64,000 nt of DNA, from the IMG/VR virus record IMGVR_UViG_3300022888_000583. One strand, given 5' to 3'. This document shows positions 30,602-38,513 of the stretch, in pieces. The DNA is from a virus. The position numbers were made by a program, and so were the translations under genes. The number at the start of each line of letters is the position of its first letter. Within the stretch, counting starts at the first letter, position 1. Below the pieces are notes generated by a model that worked only from the letters and a program-made list of their open reading frames with translations, searched no databases and was not told the DNA's origin.

Positions 30602-30674
30602 TAGTTCCATAGGGGATCGAACCCTAATCTCGGGCTTGAGAAGCCCGTATCCTATCCGGTTAGACGATGGAACC
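30602..30674 (-). tRNA. tRNA-Glu(CTC)
   Basis: Anticodon stem CGGGC/GCCCG; loop TTCTCAA. Confidence 0.6.
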
Positions 30675-30680
30675 ATAATG

Positions 30681-30753
30681 TCGTCTATCGGGGAATCGAA
30701 CCCCGCTCTCAGCCTTGAAAGGGCTGTGACATAAACCGATAGTCCAATAGACG
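30681..30753 (-). tRNA. tRNA-Glu(TTC)
   Basis: Anticodon stem CAGCC/GGCTG; loop CTTTCAA. Confidence 0.6.
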
Positions 30754-30758
30754 CTGTG

Positions 30759-30833
30759 TAGCTCCAGAGGGGAACAATCCCTCTTCTCTGCCTTGAAAGG
30801 GCAGTATCCTGTATCATCCTAGACGATGGAGCC
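30759..30833 (-). tRNA. tRNA-Glu(TTC), second copy (T-loop ATTGTTC)
   Basis: Anticodon stem CTGCC/GGCAG; loop CTTTCAA. Confidence 0.5.
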
Positions 30834-30897
30834 AATTATAGAATTTTGTATCAAGTACGAGAATCTGCTTGTGGACAAATATCTATTAAAACCGCCG

Positions 30898-30968
30898 TGG
30901 GTCGTGAAGGAATCGAACCTCCATCCGTGGGGTTACAGTCCAGTATACTACCGTTGTACGAACGACCC
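30898..30968 (-). tRNA. tRNA, anticodon loop CTGTAAC (GUA?) with a weak anticodon stem; possible pseudo-tRNA
   Basis: Good acceptor GGGTCGT/ACGACCC and T-arm. Confidence 0.3.
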
Positions 30969-31027
30969 AAATTGTGAGAATTTTTAATTATATACCGCTC
31001 CCAGATTTTCTCTAACTGGCGGATTGT

Positions 31028-31100
31028 GGATACATGACGGCTTCGAACCCTCATCCTTCTGTTTGCAAAACAGATGCTTTCCCAATTAAGCTAATGACCC
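31028..31100 (-). tRNA. tRNA-Ala(TGC)-like with acceptor mismatches (no G3-U70); likely pseudo-tRNA
   Basis: Anticodon arm TCTGT-TTTGCAA-ACAGA. Confidence 0.3.
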
Positions 31101-31183
31101 GACTGCAAATTCTTTACAGGATAGTGCTAGACTGAAGGAACACCTTTGACCTATGATCACTTGATCTCCGGCTGTGTTACTTG

Positions 31184-31255
31184 TGGAGTTACTCGGTTAC
31201 GATCCGAGGACTTCTGGTTGCAAACCAGAGATTTTCCCGATTAAACTATAACCCC
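31184..31255 (-). tRNA. tRNA-Ala(TGC)
   Basis: Acceptor GGGGTTA/TAACTCC with G3-U70; anticodon loop TTTGCAA. Confidence 0.65.
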
Positions 31256-31261
31256 ATTGTG

Positions 31262-31333
31262 CGGAACTGATGGGTAACGATCCCACTTCCACGGCTTGAC
31301 AAGCCGTTGTCCATGCCTACTGACTCCAGTTCC
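31262..31333 (-). tRNA. tRNA-Asp(GTC)
   Basis: Anticodon stem ACGGC/GCCGT; loop TTGTCAA. Confidence 0.65.
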
Positions 31334-31557
31334 AGATATCCATTGTACTTCTGAATGTACCTTAAATTACCATTGTAATTATGATGCAGGATTGGCATCA
31401 GCGGTTTCGGTAAGTGAACCTGCTGAATATCGTATCACTTCTGTCGCAGTGACCAGACCTTGGTTAATTTCGACTCATATACCAAGAATGAACCGGAACG
31501 CTATGACCCCATATCGTCCCATAGGGAGTACGCTAGTACTATTTCAGATTTAGTGGC

Positions 31558-31625
31558 GGGGCCAGAAATCGCATCTGGAAACGTGAGCTTATGAGGCTCC
31601 GTGGCACTTAGCTCCCCGCAATGTA
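31558..31625 (-). ncRNA. small structured RNA / tRNA-like (possible CAU anticodon loop CTCATAA, reduced D-arm)
   Basis: Acceptor-like GCGGGGA...CCCCGC; T-arm-like CCAGATGCGATTTCTGG. Confidence 0.2.
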
Positions 31626-31629
31626 TATT

Positions 31630-31863
31630 TTAATATAATTGGTTTTTGTATAGTGCTCTATAACGAGTGGTGTCCCCGTCATTGATAATTGTGTATGTTC
31701 CATCGCTATCCGCTACAAGTTCCAATATCGGATCAACTTGTTCCAAGCTTTCCAATGCCGAATTATGAACTTGTTCTTCAGTATAACTTAGGAATAGGAA
31801 TGCGAAAATTACGGTAATCCATATTACCCGTGTCCAATGATTTTTTGTAATCTTAAACATCAA
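31630..31863 (-). CDS. small secreted/membrane protein (77 aa)
   Basis: Track ORF; hydrophobic N-terminus. Confidence 0.35.
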   Translation of the reverse strand: MMFKITKNHWTRVIWITVIFAFLFLSYTEEQVHNSALESLEQVDPILELVADSDGTYTIINDGDTTRYRALYKNQLY

Positions 31864-31869
31864 AAACCT

Positions 31870-32214
31870 CTAGTCGCAAAAGCATGACACTACATGGTCA
31901 ATGGTAACTGGCAGATGTAATTCTGCATCTGAATTATGGATAGCATTACTTGTGCGATATCCTTCTTCATAATATTCTTTTCTAGGAGAATACAATTCCC
32001 GTTCGATGTCAGCCTTAACTGTGGCCGAAACTTTATCCGTAGGAAACCACGCGTCCAAATCAATAATATTATATGAAGATGGATCGCTATGGCTCTGTGA
32101 AATTACCATTACTATCATTTTGTTACCTTTATTTTTTAGGAGTAAATTTATCACTAAAGATGTAATTGAAAGCCCAATCGCTTTCATATCTCCCAAGTGA
32201 TAATACAAGTACAA
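31870..32214 (-). CDS. hypothetical protein (114 aa)
   Basis: Track ORF. Confidence 0.35.
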   Translation of the reverse strand: MYLYYHLGDMKAIGLSITSLVINLLLKNKGNKMIVMVISQSHSDPSSYNIIDLDAWFPTDKVSATVKADIERELYSPRKEYYEEGYRTSNAIHNSDAELHLPVTIDHVVSCFCD

Positions 32215-32418
32215 GACCTTCGCCTATCAATAATATTCCATAAATGAAATATTTCCAATTTGTTGAAGCTTTTACATGTCGTCTAATTTTGTTACTCATT
32301 TTTTCCTTTTTAATTTTAATAGGAGCTATGAGGAAAGCATTTCACTTCCATCTGATTATTTCCGCAGTACCGAACTGTTTGATAACCCGCATTCTGTTAT
32401 ACTATCATAGCGTGTTTG

Positions 32419-32491
32419 GCGAGTACACCGGGATCGAACCGGCAACCTCCGGCGTGACAGGCCGGTGTGCTTCCACTTGCACCTCTACTCG
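32419..32491 (-). tRNA. tRNA-Asp(GTC), second copy, CCA encoded
   Basis: Anticodon stem CCGGC/GCCGG; loop CTGTCAC. Confidence 0.55.
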
Positions 32492-32708
32492 AGATAAGCT
32501 CATGTGGTTTACAAATCCACTTCTAAAACCAATGCATCAGTCTCCAAGTATAGAGCGATACTTAAAATCATTTTTTAAAAGAAGTGATTTTCAAACTTTG
32601 GTTACCTTCAGTTTCCTTGAAAACACCTTTCTTAGACCCAAGATGAATGGAAGGCCCCTAATTAACCCCTAGGAAGGCGGTGTTTACTGTCACCGCAGTG
32701 TAATTTGG

Positions 32709-32783
32709 AACGGGATATCAGATTCGAACTGATACTTTAAGATTGGAAGTCTCGCGTGCTAAGCCGTTAAACACTAATCCCGC
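32709..32783 (-). tRNA. tRNA-Gly(TCC)
   Basis: Anticodon loop CTTCCAA; T-arm ATCAGTTCGAATCTGAT. Confidence 0.6.
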
Positions 32784-32834
32784 ATTGGTCGGATTGGGAA
32801 CTTCTCCATAGTGGATAATTCCCGCTCCTGTTTG

Positions 32835-32908
32835 TACACCCGGTAGGCAACGATCCTACAACCTTGGGCTTAAAAGGCCCCTGCTCTGCCAAATTGAGCT
32901 ACGAGTGC
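32835..32908 (-). tRNA. tRNA-Lys(TTT)
   Basis: Anticodon loop CTTTTAA; T-loop ATCGTTG. Confidence 0.6.
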
Positions 32909-33136
32909 ATAAAATTTTTGGAGTAGATTTCCATTATCACCCTGCAGGAATGAAATGGTACTCCACGGTCACAAAAAGTTTGAGTGAGATTCGAACCCAC
33001 CAGCTTACTGTATATTAGTCAAATTGAAACCCTTCGAATTGTTTCAACCTGAGAATATTCAGTAGCATCTGCCCTACTGCATCCATTCCCGTTAACCACG
33101 CTTTTGTATAAATTTTTTGTCTGGGGTGCAGGAGTC

Positions 33137-33209
33137 GAACCTGCCAAAACCATGTTTCCAAAACACAGCCGCCACCCCGACTGTTACCCCAGTTATGTAG
33201 CCCCCAATT
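33137..33209 (-). tRNA. tRNA-Pro(TGG)
   Basis: Acceptor CTGGGGT/ACCCCAG; anticodon loop TTTGGAA. Confidence 0.55.
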
Positions 33210-33531
33210 AAGGGGACTACTATATGTCAAATAATCACACGAGATACCTCGTAGTAACTATTTTGTTTTTTTACTATTATACCCAACTGTCAAAAAACCG
33301 ATGTGGCTGTACAATCACTAACAGCTGTGTAACTTCCCGTCAATTGGGTGATGAGCCCAAGCTAGACTGACACAACGAAGGTCAGTCGGCGATTTACATT
33401 TTTCTCCAATCGCAAATTATATAAAAGTGCAGTGAGCTTTAGAATTCTCACATTTCCAGCTGAAAGGCCGGCGACTTACCCTTAGTCCATACACATTCTT
33501 TCAAAAATCTTAGAAACTTATTCCGTTTCTA

Positions 33532-33600
33532 TCATACCTGAAGATACAAGATTATATTGACAAAGTCAAGCGTTTTCTTTGATTATCTTCATTTATTTTT
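33532..33600 (-). promoter_or_regulatory. copy 8 of the promoter motif, with the extended upstream AAATAAATGAAGATAATCAAAGAAAACG element
   Basis: Full consensus; drives a ~300-nt non-coding leader into tRNA-Pro. Confidence 0.55.
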
Positions 33601-33630
33601 CAATAAGCCGAGAAACCTTTTCGTTTCTCA

Positions 33631-33690
33631 CATACCTGAAGATACAAGATAAAAATGACAAAGTCAAGCGTTTTCTTTGATTATCTTCAA
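33631..33690 (-). promoter_or_regulatory. copy 9 of the promoter motif (tandem with copy 8, ~100 nt apart)
   Basis: CATACCTGAAGATACAAGATAAAAATGACAAAGTCAAGCGTTTTCTTTGATTATCTTCA. Confidence 0.55.
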
Positions 33691-33699
33691 TTATTTTTG

Positions 33700-33774
33700 T
33701 ACCCGCCCCGAGGCTCGAACTCGGAACTACTGGATTTTAAGTCCAGTCCCTCTTTCCATTTGGGGTAGACGGGC
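33700..33774 (-). tRNA. tRNA with anticodon UAA (Leu-type), short variable arm (type I), A73
   Basis: Acceptor GCCCGTC/GGCGGGT; anticodon stem CTGGA/TCCAG; loop CTTAAAA; T-arm CCGAGTTCGAGCCTCGG. Confidence 0.55.
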
Positions 33775-33794
33775 ATTTCTCTTTCAAATATCTT

Positions 33795-33838
33795 AATCAA
33801 GATACAAGATTATTTTCACAAAGTCAAGCGTTATTTTC
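33795..33838 (-). promoter_or_regulatory. copy 10 (partial) of the promoter motif
   Basis: AATCAAGATACAAGATTATTTTCACAAAGTCAAGCGTTATTTTC. Confidence 0.4.
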
Positions 33839-34132
33839 AATATTTCTGCAAATAAAAAAAGGTGGAACTCTGTCCACCTTCTTATAATCTTTTTATGTTG
33901 TTACGTTCTACAAGAAGGTGGGGGTTTTCGGTTGGGTTTTAGGTTCATTGGCATAATCAAATGATCCACAAATCCCGTCTGGGCGTAAATTGCCGAGGGA
34001 TGTATGATGCCATGTACTCTCTTGTATTCTGTAATAGTTTTGCATTGAAAATTATATTCCTTATTTGCGTTATTTGTATCAAGTATATATATCATGTTGA
34101 TACGGAAAAACGCGGTTTTTTATTGCTTTTTT

Positions 34133-34648
34133 TTAATTATATTCCAAAGTAATTGTGAAATTGCCTGAGCCGTTTCCTGCAGCTGCTGTATATACTCCAG
34201 TCGCTTGACCCGACAATGTTCCAAGGTTTCCACCAACCCACAATTTATAGCCGGATGCACCCAATGTAACATTGGCACCATTACTGACAACAGCGGACGC
34301 CGCTTGAGTTGTTTCATGACCAAATACCGATGGTGTATATGTAATTGTATTTGTTTCATCACCGAGGGTTACTGAGGCGTCATATGATACGTTTACATCG
34401 ACTCCATTTGAGCCGCCCATTGTGAACTCACCCATTGTATAAGTTTGTCCCAAATCGGTGTGAGACACGTCCTTCGGGTCCATGATTGGGGTTGAGGTTG
34501 CAGACAATGCTCCGAAATTAATCGCGACGTCATTAACTAATGTTAATTCAGCTTGAACGGTAGCGGTCACCGTTGCTTCTGCTGATGTCTGTCCAAATGC
34601 CCCTATGGCCATTATGAACATCATCATAAATATTAAATATTTTTTCAT
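34133..34648 (-). CDS. secreted Thr/Gly/Ser-rich beta-rich protein (171 aa), possible surface or structural protein
   Basis: Signal peptide MKKYLIFMMMFIMAIGAFGQ. Confidence 0.5.
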   Translation of the reverse strand: MKKYLIFMMMFIMAIGAFGQTSAEATVTATVQAELTLVNDVAINFGALSATSTPIMDPKDVSHTDLGQTYTMGEFTMGGSNGVDVNVSYDASVTLGDETNTITYTPSVFGHETTQAASAVVSNGANVTLGASGYKLWVGGNLGTLSGQATGVYTAAAGNGSGNFTITLEYN

Positions 34649-34728
34649 AGTTTTTTTCTCCTTTTATATAAATATCACCATTTTTATCTTAATATCGATC
34701 TATGATTCCGAGCTTGAGATATATCACA

Positions 34729-35451
34729 TTATGGTTTTAATCCAGCCTTATTTATAAATTCATCGCTGGGATTTACCTTATCTTTAATTTCTACCAGGGG
34801 CGGCTCAATGACTGGGTGGCCATAAGTGCCTTTGGAATATTCTATATCGTCATCCCCCAATTTAAGTTTCTCATAGGATTCGTCACCATACATGGATTCT
34901 TTTTTCTTCCATTTGAATTTATCCCAGAAACTCTTTTTAGGTTTTGGGCTAGCTTCATATAGTGCTTGTGCATAATCTAACAATACCATATTTGCCGCAA
35001 CAACCAATGTGATTGCAAGTGGATCAAATACGAATATCAATATGAATATAAAGAATTTAACTACTGTATCAACCGACGTTTCGAATGCTTGAGCAATGAA
35101 TATAACAGGGCCAACATCGACCCCCGATTCAACCAAACCAATTTTCAAGTCTGATATCGTAGTAGTGAGCTCATAGATTCTATCACTTATCGGATTAATT
35201 TTTTCCATAAATCCAGCTCGAGCTTTTCGTTTCGCTGTAGCATAATTATCCGGCATTGCATCTATTTCAGATTTCATTTCATCTTGTAAAAACGCTTTAT
35301 CGATTTTTAACTGTTCTACTTGTTCCTGATATACTTGTAATTGTGTAGACTGAGTTTCAAAATCCAATGTCGCACCTTGATACGCGTTGGATAGATAACC
35401 GAAAATGCCAGCACTGGTAATTAATACCAATACCAATACCGCCACCATCAA
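34729..35451 (-). CDS. membrane protein with coiled-coil (240 aa)
   Basis: N-terminal and central TM segments. Confidence 0.5.
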   Translation of the reverse strand: MMVAVLVLVLITSAGIFGYLSNAYQGATLDFETQSTQLQVYQEQVEQLKIDKAFLQDEMKSEIDAMPDNYATAKRKARAGFMEKINPISDRIYELTTTISDLKIGLVESGVDVGPVIFIAQAFETSVDTVVKFFIFILIFVFDPLAITLVVAANMVLLDYAQALYEASPKPKKSFWDKFKWKKKESMYGDESYEKLKLGDDDIEYSKGTYGHPVIEPPLVEIKDKVNPSDEFINKAGLKP

Positions 35452-35481
35452 ATACGTTTTAAGCCATATATTTAGTTTATC

Positions 35482-35673
35482 TCAATACCTATATAAAAAT
35501 GATGCAGATACCAATTTACCGAATTCCAAACTACTAGCCATTACAATGACTTGGGTAGTTGCACCGGCAAATAATTTTGCCAATCCGAATACGGAAAAGA
35601 ATGCTGCACTAGCGGCTATAGAAAATGCCGCAAGCCCTAAAAGAATAGGGAATAATATGCCCTTTGATTTCAA
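35482..35673 (-). CDS. small membrane protein (63 aa)
   Basis: Hydrophobic. Confidence 0.35.
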   Translation of the reverse strand: MKSKGILFPILLGLAAFSIAASAAFFSVFGLAKLFAGATTQVIVMASSLEFGKLVSASFLYRY

Positions 35674-36127
35674 TTGTTATCTCCTAATTGTTGTCATCAA
35701 TTTCCAATTCGATAAAATTCTGGATGGCTTCGGATGCCGTTTCGGCTTCCTTAATCATTTGTTCCACTACTGGATTTTGATATTGATCTGTTACTTCTTT
35801 TAATTTTGTAAGTATCAATGTAAGTCTATCAATTTTGTTTTGTACCTGTGTTCCATATCTCATTATAAAACTCCTATGCGTTTGCCATTAATTCGCGCTG
35901 GGATCATAATACCATCGCGAGAAATTCATCGTCCGTCATATCATTAATCTGCTGTTTAGCGTCTTCACCACTTAAATGTGAATTCTTATATTGGACATCA
36001 TTGACATAATCAATTTCTTTAGAATTGAAGTCTATATATTCCATTACCTTTTTTAGATCATCATCTTTTTTTGGCATAAAAATTCCCTTCTAATATAAAT
36101 AGTGAATTATCTCAAAAGACGGATGAA

Positions 36128-36147
36128 TTTGGGGGCCCGAAAGCCCC
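36128..36147 (-). terminator. GC-rich hairpin GGGGGC-TTTCGG-GCCCCC downstream of the Hsp20 gene
   Basis: Perfect 6-bp stem followed by AAAUUCAUCCGUCUUUU on the minus transcript. Confidence 0.35.
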
Positions 36148-36155
36148 CAAAATCC

Positions 36156-36614
36156 TTACTCGATTTCAATTTCCTTTTTGATTTTATCATCGGGAACCAA
36201 CTTAGGAATGATGATGGTCAATTCTCCATCTTCAAACTTAGCACTGATTTTATCACTATTAAGTTTATCATCCAATCGAATCTTGCGTTGGAATGATGAT
36301 TTCTTAATCTCACTCCAGATCACTTTACAGCATTGCTCACCATCATCTTCAGATTTCGGACGCCTAGTCCCTGTGATAGTTAGCATGTTTCGTTCAACAT
36401 TAATATCCAAATCCTTCTTGGACAGCCCAGGAATCTCCGCAATCAATTTAACGGAATCTACATATTCATATGCGTCCATTTTAGGATATGCTCCTACAGC
36501 GCATGAAATGTTACTGTTTTTTAGTTCTGGGAATTCTTTTAAAAACCAATCGTCAAATAGGTTATCTAGTGGTGCCAAGTTTGGAAAATTGGCGTGTATA
36601 GCTGCTCTTTTCAT
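36156..36614 (-). CDS. small heat-shock protein (Hsp20/alpha-crystallin family)
   Basis: 152 aa; C-terminal ...FEDGELTIIIPK motif typical of IbpA/Hsp20. Confidence 0.7.
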   Translation of the reverse strand: MKRAAIHANFPNLAPLDNLFDDWFLKEFPELKNSNISCAVGAYPKMDAYEYVDSVKLIAEIPGLSKKDLDINVERNMLTITGTRRPKSEDDGEQCCKVIWSEIKKSSFQRKIRLDDKLNSDKISAKFEDGELTIIIPKLVPDDKIKKEIEIE

Positions 36615-36924
36615 AATTTTTCTCCTTACATTTTGAAAGTCAACATATTAGTCTAACTATGGGAATGCCCTCATATTGAGCGACTATTCCCCTGTACTAA
36701 TATATATCATCGAAATGCCGAAAACCGCTATCTTTTTAAATAAATTTTACCGATCCCTTGGGCACAAACCACAATTTACCCGTTCCATCTGTTACTCTAT
36801 ATGTACCATTTTCTTGGGTCATAACTGTGACCTTTTCTCCTTTGAATAATTTACCAACTGACGTTTGTACATTTTCAATGAGTTCCGCTTTTTTATCAAC
36901 TTTATTTTCCATATTTATATTTCC

Positions 36925-37209
36925 TTAATTTATGAATAATCGTGCCTGTTCCGCAATATCTCCAATCGCGGCGTCGTATGCACCCCTATCAATGTTTGCC
37001 AGAGCTTGTTTAGCTCTTTCATTGGAAAAGGGGCTATCATATGATTTTCCACCATATGAATATTTTTGTTCTGTGCTTGAAGAAAGCCGTTTCAATATAG
37101 ATACCACTTCCTTAAATTCGACAAATGCCGAATATGTTTGTGCCAATTTTCTTGAATGATCGGCCATTATTAAAAATTTTTCGTATTCACTCCAGCTATC
37201 TCGTTCCAT
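36925..37209 (-). CDS. hypothetical protein (94 aa)
   Basis: ORF. Confidence 0.4.
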   Translation of the reverse strand: MERDSWSEYEKFLIMADHSRKLAQTYSAFVEFKEVVSILKRLSSSTEQKYSYGGKSYDSPFSNERAKQALANIDRGAYDAAIGDIAEQARLFIN

Positions 37210-37284
37210 ATATTTTTCCTTTATTATTAGATGCGCGTAAGGGTGTGGGAGAGCATCCGCCCTCCCACTTTTTGATGAGAAATC

Positions 37285-38424
37285 TTATGATTTCATGAAC
37301 TGACCGAAGTCGTCATTTGTAAATAGGTTTTTACGACCCGGTTCATCTCCAGTATCAGCTGGGATGAATTTTTGTACAATCTGTTTTAGATATGTACGTT
37401 CACTGTCCGGACCTCCTTCAGCATCATACTGAGCATATACTGAAGCTTCGAATGCTTCCTCAAAAGTAAACCCGTCGTATAATAGACTTGCCAATTCCAC
37501 AGATGTACGAGTGGAAATGAATGAAGTCAATTTACCGGAGTCACTAAATACCTCGTTCCGAGTTTGGTGAACAACTTCTGCCACATTTTTCAATGTATCA
37601 GTATCCACTTCGTCGAATAGAAGGTGGAGTAAATCAAATTCCTGATTCTTATCCAATAAATCCATTTCGATTACTGTGAATCTGTCCATAAGAGCCCAGT
37701 CCATTGTCCGAGTGGATGTATATTCATTACCGATGTTGGCGGTAGCCACAAAGGTTACACCTTCAGCGACATTGATAACAGCTTGGTCATCACGTTCGTC
37801 TAAACGAATATAACGCTGTTCCATATCCAGAGGTGTCATAAGAATGTTCCATGCCTCGGGGTTTGCCCGAGAAAGTTCATCCAATAGGATAATTGCATCC
37901 TTGGTTTGAATTGCCCGAATAAATTCGGAGTCAGCAAAGTAAGTTCCCTGATCCTGCTTGTAGTGTACATTACCAATCAAAGCTGATCTGGGGTCTTGAG
38001 TAGCACCCAAGTTAAAATTGAAGAATGGTAATTCAAGAGCGGCCGCTAATGACTTAGCCGCTAATGTTTTTCCACAACCAGCTGGGCCGGTCAACATTAA
38101 ATTCTTACCACGTTTTGCGGTACGAACCAGATATTTCCATTTTAAATCCGAAATGAAAAGTCGGGTAGGTTTGATTGAAGGAGCGTTTGCAATAGCTTCC
38201 TTAATCTCAGCATTAAAATCGACCTTTAATTCGACCATGCTCATAGGTACGTGTACCCACATATTTTCATCAGCGTCAAATAGCTGAAGAGCGGTACCGT
38301 CATTGAAAGCGGACTTTCTCAAATCCAATTCAATATCAGATGTCCAATCCTTCCCAGCCGAATCTGTCGCCAAATACTTCTGCCCTGATTTTTCAATTGT
38401 TACGAATATTGTTTCATTACTCAT
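37285..38424 (-). CDS. MoxR-like AAA+ ATPase (AAA_5 family)
   Basis: Walker A LMLTGPAGCGKT; Walker B ILLDEL. Confidence 0.75.
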   Translation of the reverse strand: MSNETIFVTIEKSGQKYLATDSAGKDWTSDIELDLRKSAFNDGTALQLFDADENMWVHVPMSMVELKVDFNAEIKEAIANAPSIKPTRLFISDLKWKYLVRTAKRGKNLMLTGPAGCGKTLAAKSLAAALELPFFNFNLGATQDPRSALIGNVHYKQDQGTYFADSEFIRAIQTKDAIILLDELSRANPEAWNILMTPLDMEQRYIRLDERDDQAVINVAEGVTFVATANIGNEYTSTRTMDWALMDRFTVIEMDLLDKNQEFDLLHLLFDEVDTDTLKNVAEVVHQTRNEVFSDSGKLTSFISTRTSVELASLLYDGFTFEEAFEASVYAQYDAEGGPDSERTYLKQIVQKFIPADTGDEPGRKNLFTNDDFGQFMKS

Positions 38425-38453
38425 TTTTTATCCCTTATTTGTTAATTTTTTTC

Positions 38454-38500
38454 CATACCTGAAGATACAAGATTATTCTGACAAAGTCAAGCGTTATTTT
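38454..38500 (-). promoter_or_regulatory. copy 11 of the promoter motif
   Basis: Full consensus. Confidence 0.55.
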
Positions 38501-38513
38501 AATTATTTTCATT

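Noticed and set aside
30681-30833. Glu tRNAs (anticodon loop CTTTCAA) and Ser(TGA) (loop TTTGAAC at 25528..25610) as possible UGA suppressors because they contain TCA or TGA strings
   Set aside because: With the only stems that pair (CAGCC/GGCTG, CTGCC/GGCAG, CAAGG/CCTTG) positions 34-36 read UUC and UGA (Ser, reads UCA), not UCA. The shifted registers break the anticodon stems.
26415-33230. Plus-strand and overlapping minus-strand track ORFs across the tRNA array (for example 26415..26657, 26630..26863, 27565..27861, 28905..29186, 30152..30388, 30533..30835, 31296..31553, 32244..32672, 33015..33230)
   Set aside because: They overlap tRNA genes on the opposite or same strand, lack starts or ribosome-binding sites, and have odd composition. 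The region is read as stable-RNA genes.
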